From Dehalococcoidia bacterium (GTDB lineage Bacteria > Chloroflexota > Dehalococcoidia > Lucifugimonadales > UBA2985): DNA of 64,000 bases. Both the position numbers and the translations under genes were made by a program. Shown one piece after another: positions 61,333-64,000 of the stretch. The notes under the pieces are model-generated. The model saw only the letters and a list, made by a program, of their open reading frames with translations. It was not told the origin of the DNA and did not search any database. The stretch's first letter is position 1. Each line of letters begins with the position of its first letter. The stretch is taken from positions 1,376,819-1,440,818 of the forward strand of contig OZ253466.1 in NCBI GenBank assembly GCA_965261605.1, read 5' to 3'.

Positions 61333-62478
61333 ATGAGCGATTTGAGACAAGCGGCGATTGCGGGCGTTTACATGACCGAGCAAGGAGGTCTGCAGGACCG
61401 CACCTCCGGTAGTCTCTACGTTGAGGCTGTTAACGGAGCGCTGGAGGATGCAGGGCTGACCGCGAGGGAGATCGATGGCATCATCGGCGCTGGGCCGGAG
61501 GGAGCGGGCATTGTTGGTGACTTCACTGACGCCTTCGGCGCTCCTCTGAGGTTCCACGCCCAGACGGGAGTCGGCGCGTCCTCGTCCTCCGCGGGCATGG
61601 GCATCGCCGCAATGGCCATCGCCCACGGCTATGCCAACGTGGTGATCGTCCCCACGGCATCCGGCGGAGCGGTGCACCCCAATGCGCCCCGACGCGGCGG
61701 CGGACCGTCCGGGAGTCCCTTCGAGTATATCTGGGGCACCACCAGGGCCTCCGACTATGCCCTGGCCGCCCGTCGTCATATGCACGATTACGGCACCACC
61801 AGCGAGCAGCTGGCCGAGGTCGCGGTGGCAGCCCGTAAGCACGCTACCCTGAACCCCGGTTCCGTGATGGGAGGGCGTGGGGAGATTTCGGTTGAGGACG
61901 TGATCAACTCCCGCGTCATAGCCGACCCCCTGCACCTGTACGACTGCTGCCTGGTGAACAACGGCGGTGGCGCTATAGTTATGACATCCCTGGAGCGGGC
62001 CCGCTCTCTGCGCAAGACTCCGGTGGTTATGCTGGGCTGGGGCGAGGGCTTCACCTTCTATGACCCAATGTCGGCGCCCACGCTGACCTCCTTTGGAGGC
62101 GTAATGTCAGCGGACACGGCCTTCGGACAGGCGGGCGTGCGCCGCGAGGACATACAGGTCGCGGGTGTCTCCGACCACTTCTCCATCGACGTCATAATCG
62201 AGCTTGAGGACGCCGGCTTCTGCGCAAAGGGCGAGGGCGGCGCTTTCGTGGAGGGCGGCGGCTTGCAGATAGGGGGACGCCTGCCCACCAACACCGACGG
62301 GGGTTACCTGTCCGGCAGCCACGGCGCGGCATGCGGGCTTTACACAGTTACCGAGCTTGTCCGGCAGCTGCGGGGCGAGGCCGGTGACCATCAGGTGCCC
62401 AACGTAGAGCTGGCCTACGTCCACGGGACCGGCGGCGCATTCCAGGGCCAGTACTCAGCCATTTTCGCCAGGGGGTAG
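61333..62478 (+). CDS. Thiolase-like (SCP-x-type) protein
   Basis: Paired with a DUF35 gene. NTDGGYLSGSHGAACGL and the C-terminal GTGGAF region are typical. Confidence 0.85.
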   Translation: MSDLRQAAIAGVYMTEQGGLQDRTSGSLYVEAVNGALEDAGLTAREIDGIIGAGPEGAGIVGDFTDAFGAPLRFHAQTGVGASSSSAGMGIAAMAIAHGYANVVIVPTASGGAVHPNAPRRGGGPSGSPFEYIWGTTRASDYALAARRHMHDYGTTSEQLAEVAVAARKHATLNPGSVMGGRGEISVEDVINSRVIADPLHLYDCCLVNNGGGAIVMTSLERARSLRKTPVVMLGWGEGFTFYDPMSAPTLTSFGGVMSADTAFGQAGVRREDIQVAGVSDHFSIDVIIELEDAGFCAKGEGGAFVEGGGLQIGGRLPTNTDGGYLSGSHGAACGLYTVTELVRQLRGEAGDHQVPNVELAYVHGTGGAFQGQYSAIFARG

Positions 62479-62480
62479 AC

Positions 62481-62888
62481 ATGACACAGTACAACAAGCC
62501 TCTACCTGAGGTAACCATTCTGACCGAACCCTTCTGGGAGGGGACCAAGCAGCACGAGTTGCGATTGCAGCGCTGCGACAACTGCCTGGTATACCGGTTC
62601 ACCCCCAAGGAGGTCTGCCCCATGTGTGCGTCGGTGCAGGCCACGTGGGTGCCCGTCAGTGGCGCCGGGGCGGTGTACTCTTACTCAGTAGTGCATCGCG
62701 GCCCTGGGCCGGCTTTCCAGGAAGACGCGCCGTACATCGTCGTAATGGTGCAGCTGGCCGAAGGCCCGCGCATCCTGAGCCACCTGACGGGGTGCGAACC
62801 CGACGACGTCCGGATAGGGATGCCCGTGATGGTCGTCTTTGAGGACGTCACGCCGGAGGTGACCTTGTACAAGTTTCGGCCCATTTAG
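62481..62888 (+). CDS. DUF35 OB-fold/zinc-ribbon protein
   Basis: FWEGTKQHELRLQRCDNCLVYRFTPKEVCPMCAS..., followed by an OB fold. Confidence 0.85.
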   Translation: MTQYNKPLPEVTILTEPFWEGTKQHELRLQRCDNCLVYRFTPKEVCPMCASVQATWVPVSGAGAVYSYSVVHRGPGPAFQEDAPYIVVMVQLAEGPRILSHLTGCEPDDVRIGMPVMVVFEDVTPEVTLYKFRPI

Positions 62889-63026
62889 CCGAGCACACGC
62901 CTGCTGAGGGGTGTATACTGGGACCAGTGCCGTCGGTGAGTGGTGACTAAAGGGCGCTTCGCAATCGTATAATCCCGTAGAGTTGCTCAGGGTTCCCCAC
63001 CGATGAGGATAGGGAGGTAAGATGTC

Positions 63027-63875
63027 ATGACAACTCCATCGGAGTCCACCGAGCACATAGAGGCCTTAGTGGCCTTGGAGACGTTCCGGCTCTACGTCAG
63101 AGACTGGATGTCAGCGAATGCGGTAATCCCCGACGAAATTCGGGCCCCCGTGAAGGGGCAGCCGTTGTCCCCCGAGATGAAACAGTGGGTTGTAGAGTTC
63201 CGCCGCAAGCTGGGAGCGCAGGGATGGATAGCCCCCAACTGGCCCCGCAGGTACGGCGGTGGCGGGCTGCCCGGCGCGTACGCCTCGGTTGTGCAGCGTG
63301 AGCTTGCCAAGCAGTCCATCCCGCCCATCTACGTTTCCATAATGCACGCCGCTGCCCTGCGGACGTTCGGCACCGAGGAGCAGAAGACGACGCTGCTGAA
63401 ATCGTTGCTGCAGGGCGAGATCACGATGTGCCACGCCTTTAACGAAAGGACCCACGGCTCCGACATCAGCGCCAACACAACCGAGGCCGTAAGGGACGGA
63501 GACGACTACATCATCACCGGCACCAAGGACTACATCACCAGCATCCTGGCCCCCGACGTGGTGCTCACCCTTGCTGTAACCAACCCGGACGCGCCGCGCA
63601 ACCAGCGAATGAGCATGATCTCCGTGGACACGGACACCGATGGCGTGGTGATCAAGCCCGAGAACCTGCTTCTGGGCGGTCGAGAGCACAAGTTCCTGTA
63701 CACTGAAGCGTCGGTGTCCCGGGAGAAGTTGGTCGGGCTGGAGGGACAGGGAATTGAGATCGCCGAGTTCATGGTAGACATAGAGCGCGGCACTATGGCC
63801 AGCGTCCCGCTGGAAAGGCAGCAAGAAGTGGAGCGTCGGGAAGCCGAGTTCGACGCTGCAGAGAGCGCTCAGTAG
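63027..63875 (+). CDS. Acyl-CoA dehydrogenase-like protein lacking most of the C-terminal helical domain (possible truncated gene)
   Basis: Collinear with the 29543..30787 product through ...LVGLEGQGIEIAEFMVDIERG, then ends about 25 aa later, at 282 aa versus 414 aa. Confidence 0.65.
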   Translation: MTTPSESTEHIEALVALETFRLYVRDWMSANAVIPDEIRAPVKGQPLSPEMKQWVVEFRRKLGAQGWIAPNWPRRYGGGGLPGAYASVVQRELAKQSIPPIYVSIMHAAALRTFGTEEQKTTLLKSLLQGEITMCHAFNERTHGSDISANTTEAVRDGDDYIITGTKDYITSILAPDVVLTLAVTNPDAPRNQRMSMISVDTDTDGVVIKPENLLLGGREHKFLYTEASVSREKLVGLEGQGIEIAEFMVDIERGTMASVPLERQQEVERREAEFDAAESAQ

Positions 63876-63940
63876 TCTGCCTGTTGCGTCCCGGCAGAGA
63901 GTCGACTCAAAATGGATAGACCACAAGTGGAGAAGGACGC

Positions 63941-64000
63941 TTGACCACAAGCGAAGAACGGCTGAGCCGCCTCGAAGGCGCCTATGAGCACCTGGCCACC
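63941..64000 (+). CDS. 5' end of an unidentified ORF running off the window
   Basis: TTG at 63941 is preceded by GGAGAAGGA. Only 20 codons are visible (LTTSEERLSRLEGAYEHLAT). Confidence 0.25.
   Translation, partial: MTTSEERLSRLEGAYEHLAT

Overview
High-GC (about 60% by eye) bacterial chromosomal segment. Gene content and style suggest a Chloroflexota (SAR202/Dehalococcoidia-like) genome: many CoA-dependent catabolic enzymes, DUF35/thiolase pairs, Pro/Thr-rich lipoproteins, and dense short palindromic intergenic repeats. This taxonomic call is inference only. No database search was run; all family calls come from motifs I read in the supplied translations or translated by hand.

Core genes:
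- recA-recX
- a Trp T-box leader followed by trpS-trpE and an MFS transporter
- glmU
- gatC-gatA
- two tRNA-Ser genes and one tRNA-Asp
- a tupABC-like tungstate ABC transporter
- two enoyl-CoA hydratase paralogs
- two thiolase/DUF35 pairs
- acyl-CoA dehydrogenases
- FAH, aldo/keto reductase, quinone oxidoreductase (Qor), alpha-carbonic anhydrase, D-2-hydroxyacid dehydrogenase, an aminotransferase and an Lrp regulator

At least eight visibly AT-richer micro-islands (0.7-3.5 kb) sit singly between these genes. None has an integrase or transposase. They are:
- a PD-(D/E)xK (HsdR_N-like) nuclease plus a HigBA-like pair
- an HNH endonuclease bracketed by inverted repeats next to recX
- a PIN toxin with an atypically large 272-aa upstream partner
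- a Zn-ribbon/DUF4145 gene split by a perfect 13-bp tandem duplication
- a 1065-aa single-chain MmeI-like/Type ISP-like RM enzyme whose 3' end is translationally coupled to a MazF toxin, with no antitoxin gene
- a lipoprotein cassette flanked by 101-bp direct repeats
- a small Type II RM pair
- a decayed RelE/HigB-like toxin

A four-gene phage structural remnant (capsid with a frameshift, adaptor-like protein, BNR/hub fusion, spike OB-fold) lies beside large arrays of modular palindromic repeats.

The best candidate for something undescribed is the RM-MazF arrangement at 25919-29421. The PIN/272-aa pair and a PLP enzyme/LicC/methyltransferase/TagD-like operon come next.
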